From contig JBAZJV010000007.1 in NCBI GenBank assembly GCA_041651095.1, positions 1-62,267 of the forward strand: a stretch of DNA of 62,267 bases, given 5' to 3'. Below are positions 1-9,460 of this stretch, in pieces. A program made the translations under genes and the position numbers. Every line of letters begins with the position of its first letter. Position 1 is the stretch's first letter. The notes below the pieces were generated by a model. It was not told the DNA's origin. It searched no databases and was given only the letters and a program-made list of their open reading frames with translations. The DNA is from Patescibacteria group bacterium (GTDB taxonomy: Bacteria; Patescibacteriota; Patescibacteriia; Patescibacteriales; UBA12465).

Positions 1-2085
1 ACCTTAGGACGATTATAGTTATCGCCGGCGTTCATCCGCGCTTGGATTCAAAGCTTCGCCTTGCGGCTAACCTCTCCTCTTAACGTTCGGACACTGGCCA
101 GGCATCACCCTCTATACATCCTCTTGCGAGTTAGCAGAGAGCTATGTTTTTGATAAACAGTCCCTTGGGCTCTTTAGCTGCGGCCCGCTTGCGCGGGCAG
201 GCCTTATCTCGAAATTACGGCCGCTGTTTTGCCGAGTTCCTTAACGAAGTTTCTCTCGTACATCTGAGGCTCCTCGCCTCACCTACCTGTGTCGGTTTAC
301 GGTACGGTTGCTGTGGCTTTAGCCCTAGAGGTTTTTCTAGTCAGCTCTGCCGCCTGAGTTGATTCCACCTTGCGGTTTCATCTCCGCGCAATCCCTTGGC
401 CTAACGGACCCGGATTTGCCTAGATCCGGCCTTGGGACAACGAACGTACATACCATAGCACGCTCAGACTTAAGAGCTGCGTCCCCCCATTGGAAAACAA
501 CAGCAGTGCTGGAATATTAACCAGCTCCTCCATCGGCTGACACCCGCACTACACGGGTTGCGCCTTAGGATCGACTAACCCTGGGTCGATTTTCGTTGCC
601 CAGGAAACCTTAGGTTTTCGATGGGCGGGGTTTTGACCCGCCTTTTTGCTACTCATGCCAACATTCTCCCTTCCTTCCGCTCCACCGCGCCTCACGACGC
701 GACTTCGACGCTGAAAGGAATGCTCCTCTACCACTCCCTAACTGAATAGAAAGTTCACATCTTCGGTACAATGCTTGAGCCCCGATAAATTTTCGGCGCG
801 AAACAACTTGATTAGTGAGCTATTACGCTATCTTTAAAGGATGGCTGCTTCTAAGCCAACCTCCTAACTGTCGTAGTCGCAACACCACCTTTTACACTTA
901 GCATTGATTTAGGGACCTTAGATTGTGATTGGGGCTGTTTCCCTTTTGACTGATGGACCTTAGCGCCCATAGTCTGACTCCCGGACTCTACCGTTAAGTA
1001 TTCGGAGTTTGATTGAAGACGGTATCTTGCGACCCGCCCTCATCCAGTGCTCTACCCCCTAACGTCAACATCCGAGGCTAGCCCAAAAGCTATTTCGAGG
1101 AGAACCAGCTATTGCCGAGTTCGATTACAATTTCTGCGCTAACCACAAGTCATCCCATAGTGTTGCACGGCTAATGGGTTCGGTCCTCCATCCGTCTTTC
1201 GACGAACTTCAACCTGCTCATGGTTAGATCACCCGGCTTCGGGTCTTGTCCATGCGACGTGTACTTCACTTTAACGCACTAGCGCAAACTAATGCGCCAA
1301 AGCGAAGCACAATGCGGGCTATTAACCCTCGCTTTCACTCTGCATGCTCTCCAAACGGAGATTATGCCAGCCACATAGAACAAACTCGTTGGCTCATTCT
1401 TCAATAGGCACGCCGTCACCCTTGCGGGCTCCGACTCTTTGTAAGTATATGGTTTCAGGTACTATTTCACCTCCCTCAACGGGATGCTTTTCACCTTTCC
1501 CTCATGGTACTTGTTCACTATCGATCATAAGAAGTGTTTAGTCTTAGGTCATAGTCGACCTGGCTTCAGACGGGATTTCACGAGTCCCGCCCTACTTAAG
1601 AACAAAGCTACGGAGAGTCCAATCTTTTCGCTTACCGGGCTATCACCGTCTCTGGCCGAGCTTTCCAGCTCGTTCAACTAAGAAAGGTCTTTTTTGACTC
1701 CGCCCCGTTGGTCTGGCAACAGGCGCTTATATCTTGCAACACCGAAAAAACATATGGCTCCAGAGCCTTCTGCCGCTAGCCTGGCGAACCAGGCCGACGG
1801 CGCAGTTATTTGGGTTTAGACTGTTCCCTTTTCGCTCGCCACTACTCAGGGAATGATTGTTATTTTCTTTTCCTCCGGCTACTAAGATGTTTCAGTTCAC
1901 CGGGTCTGCCAGCTCAACCCGAAAGGATCGAGCTGCCTCTATCTTCAATAGAGGGGGTTTCCCCATTCGGAGATCTGCGGGTCAAAGGTTGCTTGCCACC
2001 TCACCGCAGCTTATCGCAGGCTGCTACGTCCTTCATCGCCTTCTTATGTCCAGGCATCCACCGTATACTCTTATTGTGATTTTCC
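1..2085 (-). rRNA. rrl: 23S rRNA, partial (5' ~2.08 kb; 3' part lies beyond the window start)
   Basis: Reverse complement follows conserved 23S motifs (ACCTTAGG..TATAGTTA, GTGAGCTATTACGC, GGGATGACTTGTGG, TTCGCTCGCCACTACT, GGCATCCACCGT near the 5' end). The 5' boundary is estimated by analogy to E. coli. Confidence 0.97.
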
Positions 2086-2367
2086 CACGCTGCTATCTTC
2101 AAACGATAAAGCGTGTTTGGCGTCTTATTACAGCCCCCGCCTATCCGGACGAAAATTCGGAAGATTCGGGGTAAGACGTCGATTTTTTTCTGATGTCTTT
2201 ACTCTAACATGAATTGTTAAGGGACCGCAGGGCGCAAAAAAACCGCTGTTCAGCGGTTCTAAGTAATCGCAAAATGGCTGATTAATTAGAATCGCTTTGA
2301 GAAACGGAAACGAATGTTTTTTATCATATTATTCTGAGCTTTGACAGCCCTGTTAAAACTGATACCA

Positions 2368-2395
2368 ATTATAACCTTTTTAAAAATAATGTCAA
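2368..2395 (-). promoter_or_regulatory. Sigma70 promoter of the 23S gene (TTGACA-16 nt-TATAAT)
   Basis: Perfect -35 at 2390-2395 and -10 at 2368-2373 on the minus strand; the 16-nt spacer is typical of rRNA promoters. Confidence 0.85.
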
Positions 2396-2412
2396 GGGCT
2401 GGGTGACGGATA

Positions 2413-2439
2413 AAAAATGGCCTAAATTAGGCCATTTTT
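2413..2439. terminator. Bidirectional intrinsic terminator after pilT
   Basis: aaaaatggccta-aat-taggccattttt 12-bp inverted repeat with A/T tracts on both sides. Confidence 0.8.
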
Positions 2440-2468
2440 ACCATATTTTATGATTTTGTCCACAAGAC

Positions 2469-3527
2469 TTAAACGCCCAAAATCAGCGCATCCTCCATAT
2501 TTCGTTCAGCGGTTTCCCGGCTGATGATGCCGGCGCCGTACAATTGCTGGATATGGCGGTCTAGAGTGATCATGCCACTCGAGGCATGAGTTTCGATAGT
2601 GCTCTTGATTTGGGCCAACTTCCCTTCCCGGATCAGATTGGCGACCGCTTCATCGTTCAGCAGGATCTCGCGTGCCGCGATACGGCCGCCGCCGACCTTC
2701 GGCAAAAGACGTTGCGAGATTACGGCCGTCAGGACGGCGGAGAGCTGCAGCCTGACCTGGTTCTGCTGGTAAGGCGGAAAGGTGTCGATGATCCGGTCGA
2801 TAGTCTGGGCGGCGCTATAGGTATGCAAAGTGGCCAGGACCAGATGGCCGGTTTCCGCCATAGTCACGGCGGTCGAAATCGTTTCCAAATCGCGCATTTC
2901 GCCGAGCATGATGACATTGGGGTCCTGGCGCAGCACGTGCTTCAAGCCGCTGGAGAAAGTCAGCATATCGGTACCGAGCTGACGCTGGGCGATAATGCTC
3001 CGCTTGGGCGTAAACACGTATTCGATAGGATCTTCCAGGCTGATGATATTGGCATTCCTGGTATCGTTGATCTGATTGATCATAGCGGCGAGAGTCGTTG
3101 ATTTGCCGCAGCCGGTCGGACCGGTAATCAAAATGAAGCCTTGCGGCAGATCCAATAACTCCGTCACGACCGGCGGCATGCCGATTTCTTCCAGGGTCGG
3201 CATATGATCGTCGATGATACGAGCGACAATCATCAGATTGTTTTTCTCATAAGCGAAATTCACCCGATAACGGTAATCGCCGACCTGGTAGCCCAGGTCC
3301 AGATCCCGCTTGTCGAATAAACGCGACTTCTGTTCCAGGTTCAGCATGGTATCCACGAAAACGCCGAGCTGGTTGGCGGCCAGAGCCGAAAAATTCCCGT
3401 CCGGGACGATTTCGTTAATGTCGAACAATTGGCCGTCGATGCGGAGGATCGGCGGCTGGTCGCAAAGCAGGTGGATATCCGAAGCTTTCTTTTCGGCGGC
3501 TAATTTAAGTAGATTGTTGATATCCAT
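2469..3527 (-). CDS. pilT: Type IV pilus retraction ATPase PilT/PilU
   Basis: ASDIHL, Walker A GPTGCGKSTT, EDPIEY, LRQDPNVIMLGEMRD, TGHLVLATLHT, AIANLIRE-like motif. Confidence 0.93.
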   Translation of the reverse strand: MDINNLLKLAAEKKASDIHLLCDQPPILRIDGQLFDINEIVPDGNFSALAANQLGVFVDTMLNLEQKSRLFDKRDLDLGYQVGDYRYRVNFAYEKNNLMIVARIIDDHMPTLEEIGMPPVVTELLDLPQGFILITGPTGCGKSTTLAAMINQINDTRNANIISLEDPIEYVFTPKRSIIAQRQLGTDMLTFSSGLKHVLRQDPNVIMLGEMRDLETISTAVTMAETGHLVLATLHTYSAAQTIDRIIDTFPPYQQNQVRLQLSAVLTAVISQRLLPKVGGGRIAAREILLNDEAVANLIREGKLAQIKSTIETHASSGMITLDRHIQQLYGAGIISRETAERNMEDALILGV

Positions 3528-3557
3528 ATATTTGCCGCTAATAGCGGGCCGGCGATC

Positions 3558-4256
3558 CTACCAGCCCTTTTTCTTAATGGCCTTGGCCGCGGCGTCGACT
3601 TGGGCCTCCTGCTTGGAAGAGCCTTTGCCGGTCGCGATCAGTTCGGCGTCCAGATAAACGCCGACGGTGAAAATCTTGGCGTGGTCCGGCCCGGTTTCGT
3701 CCAGGATCTCGTAATGCGGCGTCACGCCTTGAGCCTCCTGGGCCTTTTCCTGAAAATGCGATTTAGGATCCAAATAGCTCTGGTTGCGCAAGATGTCGTC
3801 CAGCTTGGAAACGACGTTCTTCAGGATGAATTTCTTAGCAGTAGCCGAACCTTGGTCCAGGTAAATCGCGCCGATAATCGCTTCTACGGCGTTGGCCAGG
3901 ATGAATTGGCGGGATTTCTTGTTTTTGTCACGCGATTCCCCTTTAGACAGATAGAGGCAATCCTCGATTTTTAATTCCCGGGCGATCTCATACAGCATTT
4001 TGGCGTTGACCAACGAGGCGCGCCAGTTCGTCAGGTCGCCTTCCGGCGTATTGGTAAAATTCAGATACAAAAATTCCGTCACGACGATTTCCAGGACGGC
4101 GTCACCCAAAAATTCCAGCCGTTCGTTGTGACCGATCTGAAAATCCGGATGCTCATTCAGATAGGAACAATGGACCATGGCCTGCTGCAACAAACGGCTG
4201 TCCTTGAATTTGACTCCTAACCTGGTTTGTAATTTGTTTAAATCATTGGCAACCAT
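3558..4256 (-). CDS. rnc: Ribonuclease III
   Basis: HNERLEFLGDAVL signature, ANAVEAIIGAIYLD, C-terminal dsRBD (GPDH..FTVGV, GSSKQEAQ). Confidence 0.97.
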   Translation of the reverse strand: MVANDLNKLQTRLGVKFKDSRLLQQAMVHCSYLNEHPDFQIGHNERLEFLGDAVLEIVVTEFLYLNFTNTPEGDLTNWRASLVNAKMLYEIARELKIEDCLYLSKGESRDKNKKSRQFILANAVEAIIGAIYLDQGSATAKKFILKNVVSKLDDILRNQSYLDPKSHFQEKAQEAQGVTPHYEILDETGPDHAKIFTVGVYLDAELIATGKGSSKQEAQVDAAAKAIKKKGW

Positions 4257-4262
4257 AGATGA

Positions 4263-4832
4263 TCAAGCTTGCGGATTACCGGCTGATGCGGCTCGGTCGT
4301 CAGTCGGCGCTTCCGACGCCGGATTCATAGCGCCGGATGCGGGCGGCTCGGCTGCCGATCGCTGCTGTTCAGCCGCCTGCTTGGCCGCCTCCACTTCTTC
4401 CTTGTTATCCCTGACTTGTATCTCCGGTTCATCATTGTACAGGGCGCCGAGCACGCCGTTGACGAATTTTCCGGAGGCGTCGCTGCCGAAACTTTTGGCG
4501 ACCTCGATAGCCTCATTAATCGCGACGCGTGGCGGTATTTCCGTGAATAATAATTCATAGATGCCTAAACGCAGGATATTCCGATCAACTATAGTGATTT
4601 GATCCAGCGGCCATTCGGTCGCATATTTGACGATATATTTATTGATGAGCGGCAAGTTGTCGCGCACGCCCAAAACCAGCTTCCTGACAAAGCCGCCGTC
4701 ATCGAAATTAGGGGCGAAATTAGTGAAATTATCCGCTATCAGGCGGTCAATATCGCCATCTTTCTGCCCGTTAAAATCCCAGGCAAACAGAGTTTGCAGG
4801 GCAATAGTCCGAGCGAGGTGACGATTAGACAT
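4263..4832 (-). CDS. nusB: Transcription antitermination factor NusB
   Basis: [44 protein letters not shown]. Confidence 0.95.
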   Translation of the reverse strand: MSNRHLARTIALQTLFAWDFNGQKDGDIDRLIADNFTNFAPNFDDGGFVRKLVLGVRDNLPLINKYIVKYATEWPLDQITIVDRNILRLGIYELLFTEIPPRVAINEAIEVAKSFGSDASGKFVNGVLGALYNDEPEIQVRDNKEEVEAAKQAAEQQRSAAEPPASGAMNPASEAPTDDRAASAGNPQA

Positions 4833-4837
4833 AAGAC

Positions 4838-5035
4838 TTATTTCTTCTTAGCCGCTTTCAACTTGATTTTGACCGCCTCTTGGCCGCGATAATGGCCGCA
4901 AGCCGGGCAAGCGGTGTGCGGCTTAAGGGCCTGGCCGCATTTCGGACATTTATTAAGCACGACTTTTTTCAAAGCGAGGTGCGCGCGGCCGCGATGGGTT
5001 GCCGCATGGGTTTTGTGTCTTTTCGGATTAGCCAT
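4838..5035 (-). CDS. rpmF: 50S ribosomal protein bL32
   Basis: [25 protein letters not shown] zinc motif. Confidence 0.95.
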   Translation of the reverse strand: MANPKRHKTHAATHRGRAHLALKKVVLNKCPKCGQALKPHTACPACGHYRGQEAVKIKLKAAKKK

Positions 5036-5072
5036 ATGGTTTTAAAATTCACGAATTAATAAATCTAATCTC

Positions 5073-5100
5073 AGTATAACCGAATCGCCTGATTAGTCAA
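5073..5100 (-). promoter_or_regulatory. Promoter of the rpmF-nusB-rnc-pilT operon (TTGACT-16-TATACT)
   Basis: Near-consensus boxes about 40 nt upstream of the rpmF start. Confidence 0.6.
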
Positions 5101-5105
5101 TAAAA

Positions 5106-6932
5106 TCAGGCTTCAGGTTTAGGTCCGACAATGCTCTCAAACTCCGTCTTCTCGATAGTTTCCTTGGCCAAAAGGACATCTACGATTTTGGTCAGCTGCG
5201 CTGACCGGGCGTCAATGATGGCCCGGGCCTTGTCTTCGCCCTGTTTGATGAAACCGGCGATCTCTTCATCGATTTTTTCCGCGACCTTTTCGCTGTAATC
5301 GCGCTGTTCATGGATTTCCCGACCCAAGAAGATCATTTCTTCTTTCTCGCCGTAAGTACGGGGGCCAAGATGATCGCTCATGCCGTAATCGGTGACCAAG
5401 CTGCGGGCCAAAGCGGTGGCGCGGCGCAAATCGGAAGTAGCGCCGGTAGTAACTTCGCCAAAAATAGCCTTTTCTACCAGATGGCCAGCCAACAGGACGG
5501 CAATTTCCGAAATGAATTCCGACTTGGCGTGCAGGTGGCGGTCCTCGGCCGGCACTTTCAGGGTATAACCGCCGGCCGAACCGCGAGCGATGATGGAAAC
5601 CTTATGGACCGGATCCATATCCGGCGAAAAATGCGCGACCAGGGCATGGCCGGCTTCGTGGTAGGCGGTGATCTTTTTTTCCTTTTCAGTGATGACCCGG
5701 CTCCGCCGCTCCGGGCCGATCATTACCTTCTCAATCGCTTCGAATAAATCGGCATTAATGATTTCTTTGCGGTTATGCCGGGCGGCCAGGATGGCCGCTT
5801 CATTAAGGATGTTGGCCAGATCGGCGCCGGAGAAACCCGCGGTGCGTTCGGCGATCGTCCGCAGATTAGCCTCTTTAGCCAAAGGTTTCCGACGGGAATG
5901 GACTTTAAGAATATCTTCCCGGTCTTGCAGGTCCGGCAGATCGATAACCACGCGCCGATCAAAACGCCCCGGCCGCAACAAGGCGGGATCGAGCACGTCC
6001 GGCCGGTTGGTCGCGGCGATGACGATGATATTCTGGGTCGGTTCAAAACCGTCCATCTCGACCAGGATCTGATTCAAAGTCTGTTCCCGCTCGTCATGGC
6101 TGCCGCCCAGGCCGGCGCCGCGGCGACGGCCGACCGCGTCTATTTCATCAATGAATAATATGCAGGGAGCATTCTTCTTGGCTTTCTGGAATAAGGAGCG
6201 GACTCGGGAAGCGCCGACACCGACGAACATTTCTACGAATTCCGAACCGGACATATGGAAGAAAGGGACCTGCGCTTCGCCGGCGACGGAACGAGCCAGC
6301 AGAGTCTTGCCGGTACCAGGGGCGCCTAGCAACAGGACGCCGCGGGGAATCTTGGCGCCCAGCTCATGGAATTTTTTCGGGAAACGCAGGAACTCCACGA
6401 CCTCTTTCAACTCTTCCTTGGCCTCCTTGGCGCCGGCCACATCTTTGAAAGTAACCCGATTTTTCTCGTCCGGCGTGAAATCCTTGGCCGTCGATTGGCC
6501 GAAATTCATTGCCCGGGAATTCGCGTTCTGCAGGCCGCGCATCATGAAAAATAAGAAAATGCCGATCAGCAGGAAGGGCAAAACCAAAGGAATGATGTTC
6601 ACCAACCAATAATCCCAGCCGCTTTCGTCCTTGACCATGATATTTATCGCGGCGATTTTGGCCGGATCGACTTGGAGATTCTTCAGGAGGGCGGAAAGAG
6701 ACTCGCCGGATTCTTTTTTGGTTGATTCCTTTTTCCCGTCCTGCAGAGTAATATTCACCCGGTCGCCGGTGACGACCAGTTCCTTGACCTGGCCGGCATT
6801 GATCTGGCTGACCAGCGTTTCCAAGCCGACGGTTGCCGCCTTATCGCCCGGGTCGGCGAAGATGCTGAAAAGCCCGGCTAAAACCAGGAAAACGATGAAA
6901 AAAATGGTAAAACTTTTGATTAATTTGGACAT
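5106..6932 (-). CDS. ftsH: ATP-dependent zinc metalloprotease FtsH (start re-called at 6932, MSKLIKSF)
   Basis: Two TM segments, [29 protein letters not shown]. The longer ORF (7040) overlaps a consensus promoter. Confidence 0.96.
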   Translation of the reverse strand: MSKLIKSFTIFFIVFLVLAGLFSIFADPGDKAATVGLETLVSQINAGQVKELVVTGDRVNITLQDGKKESTKKESGESLSALLKNLQVDPAKIAAINIMVKDESGWDYWLVNIIPLVLPFLLIGIFLFFMMRGLQNANSRAMNFGQSTAKDFTPDEKNRVTFKDVAGAKEAKEELKEVVEFLRFPKKFHELGAKIPRGVLLLGAPGTGKTLLARSVAGEAQVPFFHMSGSEFVEMFVGVGASRVRSLFQKAKKNAPCILFIDEIDAVGRRRGAGLGGSHDEREQTLNQILVEMDGFEPTQNIIVIAATNRPDVLDPALLRPGRFDRRVVIDLPDLQDREDILKVHSRRKPLAKEANLRTIAERTAGFSGADLANILNEAAILAARHNRKEIINADLFEAIEKVMIGPERRSRVITEKEKKITAYHEAGHALVAHFSPDMDPVHKVSIIARGSAGGYTLKVPAEDRHLHAKSEFISEIAVLLAGHLVEKAIFGEVTTGATSDLRRATALARSLVTDYGMSDHLGPRTYGEKEEMIFLGREIHEQRDYSEKVAEKIDEEIAGFIKQGEDKARAIIDARSAQLTKIVDVLLAKETIEKTEFESIVGPKPEA

Positions 6933-6968
6933 GTTGGTAAGATTAACCGATCGTATGATGATAAAACT

Positions 6969-6997
6969 ATTATAGGATAAAGTGCCGGCTTTGGCAA
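6969..6997 (-). promoter_or_regulatory. ftsH promoter (TTGCCA-17-TATAAT)
   Basis: Minus-strand boxes at 6992-6997 and 6969-6974. Confidence 0.7.
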
Positions 6998-7051
6998 TGC
7001 TAAAAATGCCCTTTTTATGGGCATTTTTAGCAAATATCAAAGCGGGTAAAC

Positions 7052-8320
7052 TTACTTGGATTTCTTGGACGCTTTGGCCTTCTTTTCTACTACGCCAGAG
7101 GCAACCGGCTCCTTCGCCGCCGCTTTATCGGCTTTAGCTGATTTCTCCGATTTGGCCTTTTTGCCGGTCGGGGCATCGATTTCAGCCGACGCCGCCGGAA
7201 CGACGATGTCCGGGATGCTGGATGGCACGGCGTTCAGAGCCGCTAATTTCAAGCCCAAACGATGCTCGCCGGGCGAAATACTGACTACTTCGAAATTCTT
7301 CTCCTGATTCGGCTGAAATAATTCTGTAATCTTGTCTTTCGGACCGAGGTTCAACTGGCTGATGTGCGCCAAACCGTGGATCTCATCATCCAATTTCACG
7401 AACAGGCCGAAAGGATTGACTTTCAAGATGGTGCCGACGACCACTTGGCCGTTCCGATATTTGGCGCTCGCTTCCAGCCAGGGGTCTTTCAAGAGCTTCT
7501 TAGCGCTTAAGAACACTTTAGCGCCGTCAATGGAAATGATTTCCGCCTTGATCTTGTCGCCGACGCGGTACATCTCGTTCGGCGAATCGATGCGCTGCCA
7601 GGCTAATTCGGAAATATGAATAAGCCCTTCGATGTTTTCGCCGAAAGAAACGAAAACGCCGAAATTGGTAATGGCGGTAATCCGGCCGTCTACGACCGTA
7701 CCGATCTGATACTTATCCAGGGCCGGCTTCTGCTTCTTATTCCAGACGTCCTTCTCGCTGAAAATGATTTTGTTGTCTTCCTCACTCAGGGTAATCACCG
7801 TCACCTCGAATTCTTGGCCGACGAAAGATTTTAATTTTTCCAGAATCTTACTCTTATCGCCGCCGGCGATGCGCGGATAATTTTCCGGCGCCAGCTGGGA
7901 AACCGGCAAGAAGCCGTCGATCTGGCAATAGCGGCTGAGCAAACCGCCTTTATTGGCATCGACGATCTTCACTTTGACGGTGCTCTTGTCTTTCAAGGCT
8001 TGGCGCAGCTTAGCCCAGGCCTTCTCCTGACCGACCTGGCGGAAAGAGAGTTCTAATTCGCCATTCTCGTTTTCCGTTTCAATGACGGCGGCCTCCGCTT
8101 CGTCGCCCGGCTTCAGATTAGAAAATTCCTCCACTTCGTTATAGAGTTCCGGACCGCGGATGATGCCCATTAAAACTCCGTCCACATCCAGCTTAACCTC
8201 CGATTTGGAGGCGGCGACGACCGTACCTTTGACGATATCGCCGACCTGCGGTATCCGGATGTGATCGCTCTCCAGCAATTTTAAGAACTCGCCGTGCTGT
8301 TCTTGATTTTTATCTTCCAT
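7052..8320 (-). CDS. rpsA: Ribosomal protein bS1 (four S1 domains, Lys/Ala-rich tail)
   Basis: Repeated S1 motifs (NKGGL, GFLPVSQL, FGVFV..GLIHISEL, FGLFV..GLAHISQL). Confidence 0.92.
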   Translation of the reverse strand: MEDKNQEQHGEFLKLLESDHIRIPQVGDIVKGTVVAASKSEVKLDVDGVLMGIIRGPELYNEVEEFSNLKPGDEAEAAVIETENENGELELSFRQVGQEKAWAKLRQALKDKSTVKVKIVDANKGGLLSRYCQIDGFLPVSQLAPENYPRIAGGDKSKILEKLKSFVGQEFEVTVITLSEEDNKIIFSEKDVWNKKQKPALDKYQIGTVVDGRITAITNFGVFVSFGENIEGLIHISELAWQRIDSPNEMYRVGDKIKAEIISIDGAKVFLSAKKLLKDPWLEASAKYRNGQVVVGTILKVNPFGLFVKLDDEIHGLAHISQLNLGPKDKITELFQPNQEKNFEVVSISPGEHRLGLKLAALNAVPSSIPDIVVPAASAEIDAPTGKKAKSEKSAKADKAAAKEPVASGVVEKKAKASKKSK

Positions 8321-8444
8321 ATTATTTAAGGGGCTTGATTTACTGTCAGCAATAAAAAAAGCTTCCTAAACCCGAATACATCGAGTCCGACGGCCACCTG
8401 CGAAATCCGTCGATTTATTAAAGGTGATATATAATTGTGCTACT

Positions 8445-8473
8445 AGTATAAAGAAAGGACGGCTTATTGTCAA
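8445..8473 (-). promoter_or_regulatory. rpsA promoter (TTGACA-17-TATACT)
   Basis: Boxes at 8468-8473 and 8445-8450; gives a ~120-nt leader. Confidence 0.7.
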
Positions 8474-8560
8474 GCGTCAGACCGGGAGCCCAAAATATAT
8501 CTTAATGGCCGGATATGCTATAATGTGAATAGTTAAGATTAAAAAAATAATCATAAATTT

Positions 8561-9448
8561 ATGAACCAGAATCTAAAAAATCTGCTGGGGCTGGTCGGCG
8601 CGATCGCCATCTTGGCTGTCGCCTATGCCGCCCTCAGCTATGTCAACTCTTACGGCAAGGTCATTGAACCTTCTTCTTTCCGCAGTTTCTCGGCGAGCGG
8701 CGAAGGCAAGACGACAGCGATTCCCGACATCGCCGCTTTCAGTTTCCAAGTAATCACGGAGGGGGGTACCGATATCGCGGCCCTGCAAACCCAGAATACG
8801 GCCAAAATGAACAAGGCGATAGATTTCGTCAAAGCCCAGGGAGTAGAGGATAAAGACATTAAAACTCAATATTATAACTTGGAACCGCGCTACGAAACGA
8901 CTAGCTGCAAAGTCGTAACGGCGCCTCTTATCCTGCGCAGCGCGACAGAAGATATTGCCCTGAAGGTCGAAGCCAGCGGCTCGAGCGGGTCCGCTGTAGC
9001 GATGAGCCCGGCGATCGCCCCGGTCTCCCTCAGCCAGACTTGTCCGCCGCCCAGCATCGTCGGCTATACCATCACGCAAGCTGTGAATGTTAAAATCCGC
9101 GATTTCCAGAAAATCAGCGACATCATGAGCGGCGTCATCAAGAACGGCGCCAACCAGGTCGGCTCCCTGTCCTTTACGATTGACGATCAGACCAAGGCCC
9201 AGGACGAAGCCCGGGCGGAAGCGATCAAGAAGGCGAAGGCTAAAGCGGAAGCGATGGCCGAAGCCGGCGGCTTCAAGATCGGCCGACTCTTAGGCATCCA
9301 GGAAGGCAATATTTATCCGATCTATAACGTCCGATCCATGGACGGCATGGTCGCCGCCAAGAGCGAGGCGGTTGATGCCGCTCCGACCATCCAGCCCGGA
9401 TCCCAGGAAATCAGCATCAACGTCACCCTGCAATACGAAATCGAATAA
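8561..9448 (+). CDS. SIMPL/DUF541 domain protein
   Basis: N-terminal TM anchor, SASGEGK..PDIA, ARAEAIKKAKAKAEAMA, IQPGSQEI.V.V.LQYEI. Confidence 0.9.
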   Translation: MNQNLKNLLGLVGAIAILAVAYAALSYVNSYGKVIEPSSFRSFSASGEGKTTAIPDIAAFSFQVITEGGTDIAALQTQNTAKMNKAIDFVKAQGVEDKDIKTQYYNLEPRYETTSCKVVTAPLILRSATEDIALKVEASGSSGSAVAMSPAIAPVSLSQTCPPPSIVGYTITQAVNVKIRDFQKISDIMSGVIKNGANQVGSLSFTIDDQTKAQDEARAEAIKKAKAKAEAMAEAGGFKIGRLLGIQEGNIYPIYNVRSMDGMVAAKSEAVDAAPTIQPGSQEISINVTLQYEIE

Positions 9449-9460
9449 GCATTTTGCGGT

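Noticed and set aside
144-2174. ORFs inside the 23S region
   Set aside because: They are frames over rRNA sequence. None has LAGLIDADG or GIY-YIG motifs, and landmark spacing leaves no room for an ORF-bearing intron in this part.
6933-7040. N-terminal extension of FtsH
   Set aside because: It overlaps a consensus promoter; the MSKLIKSF start gives a normal TM1.
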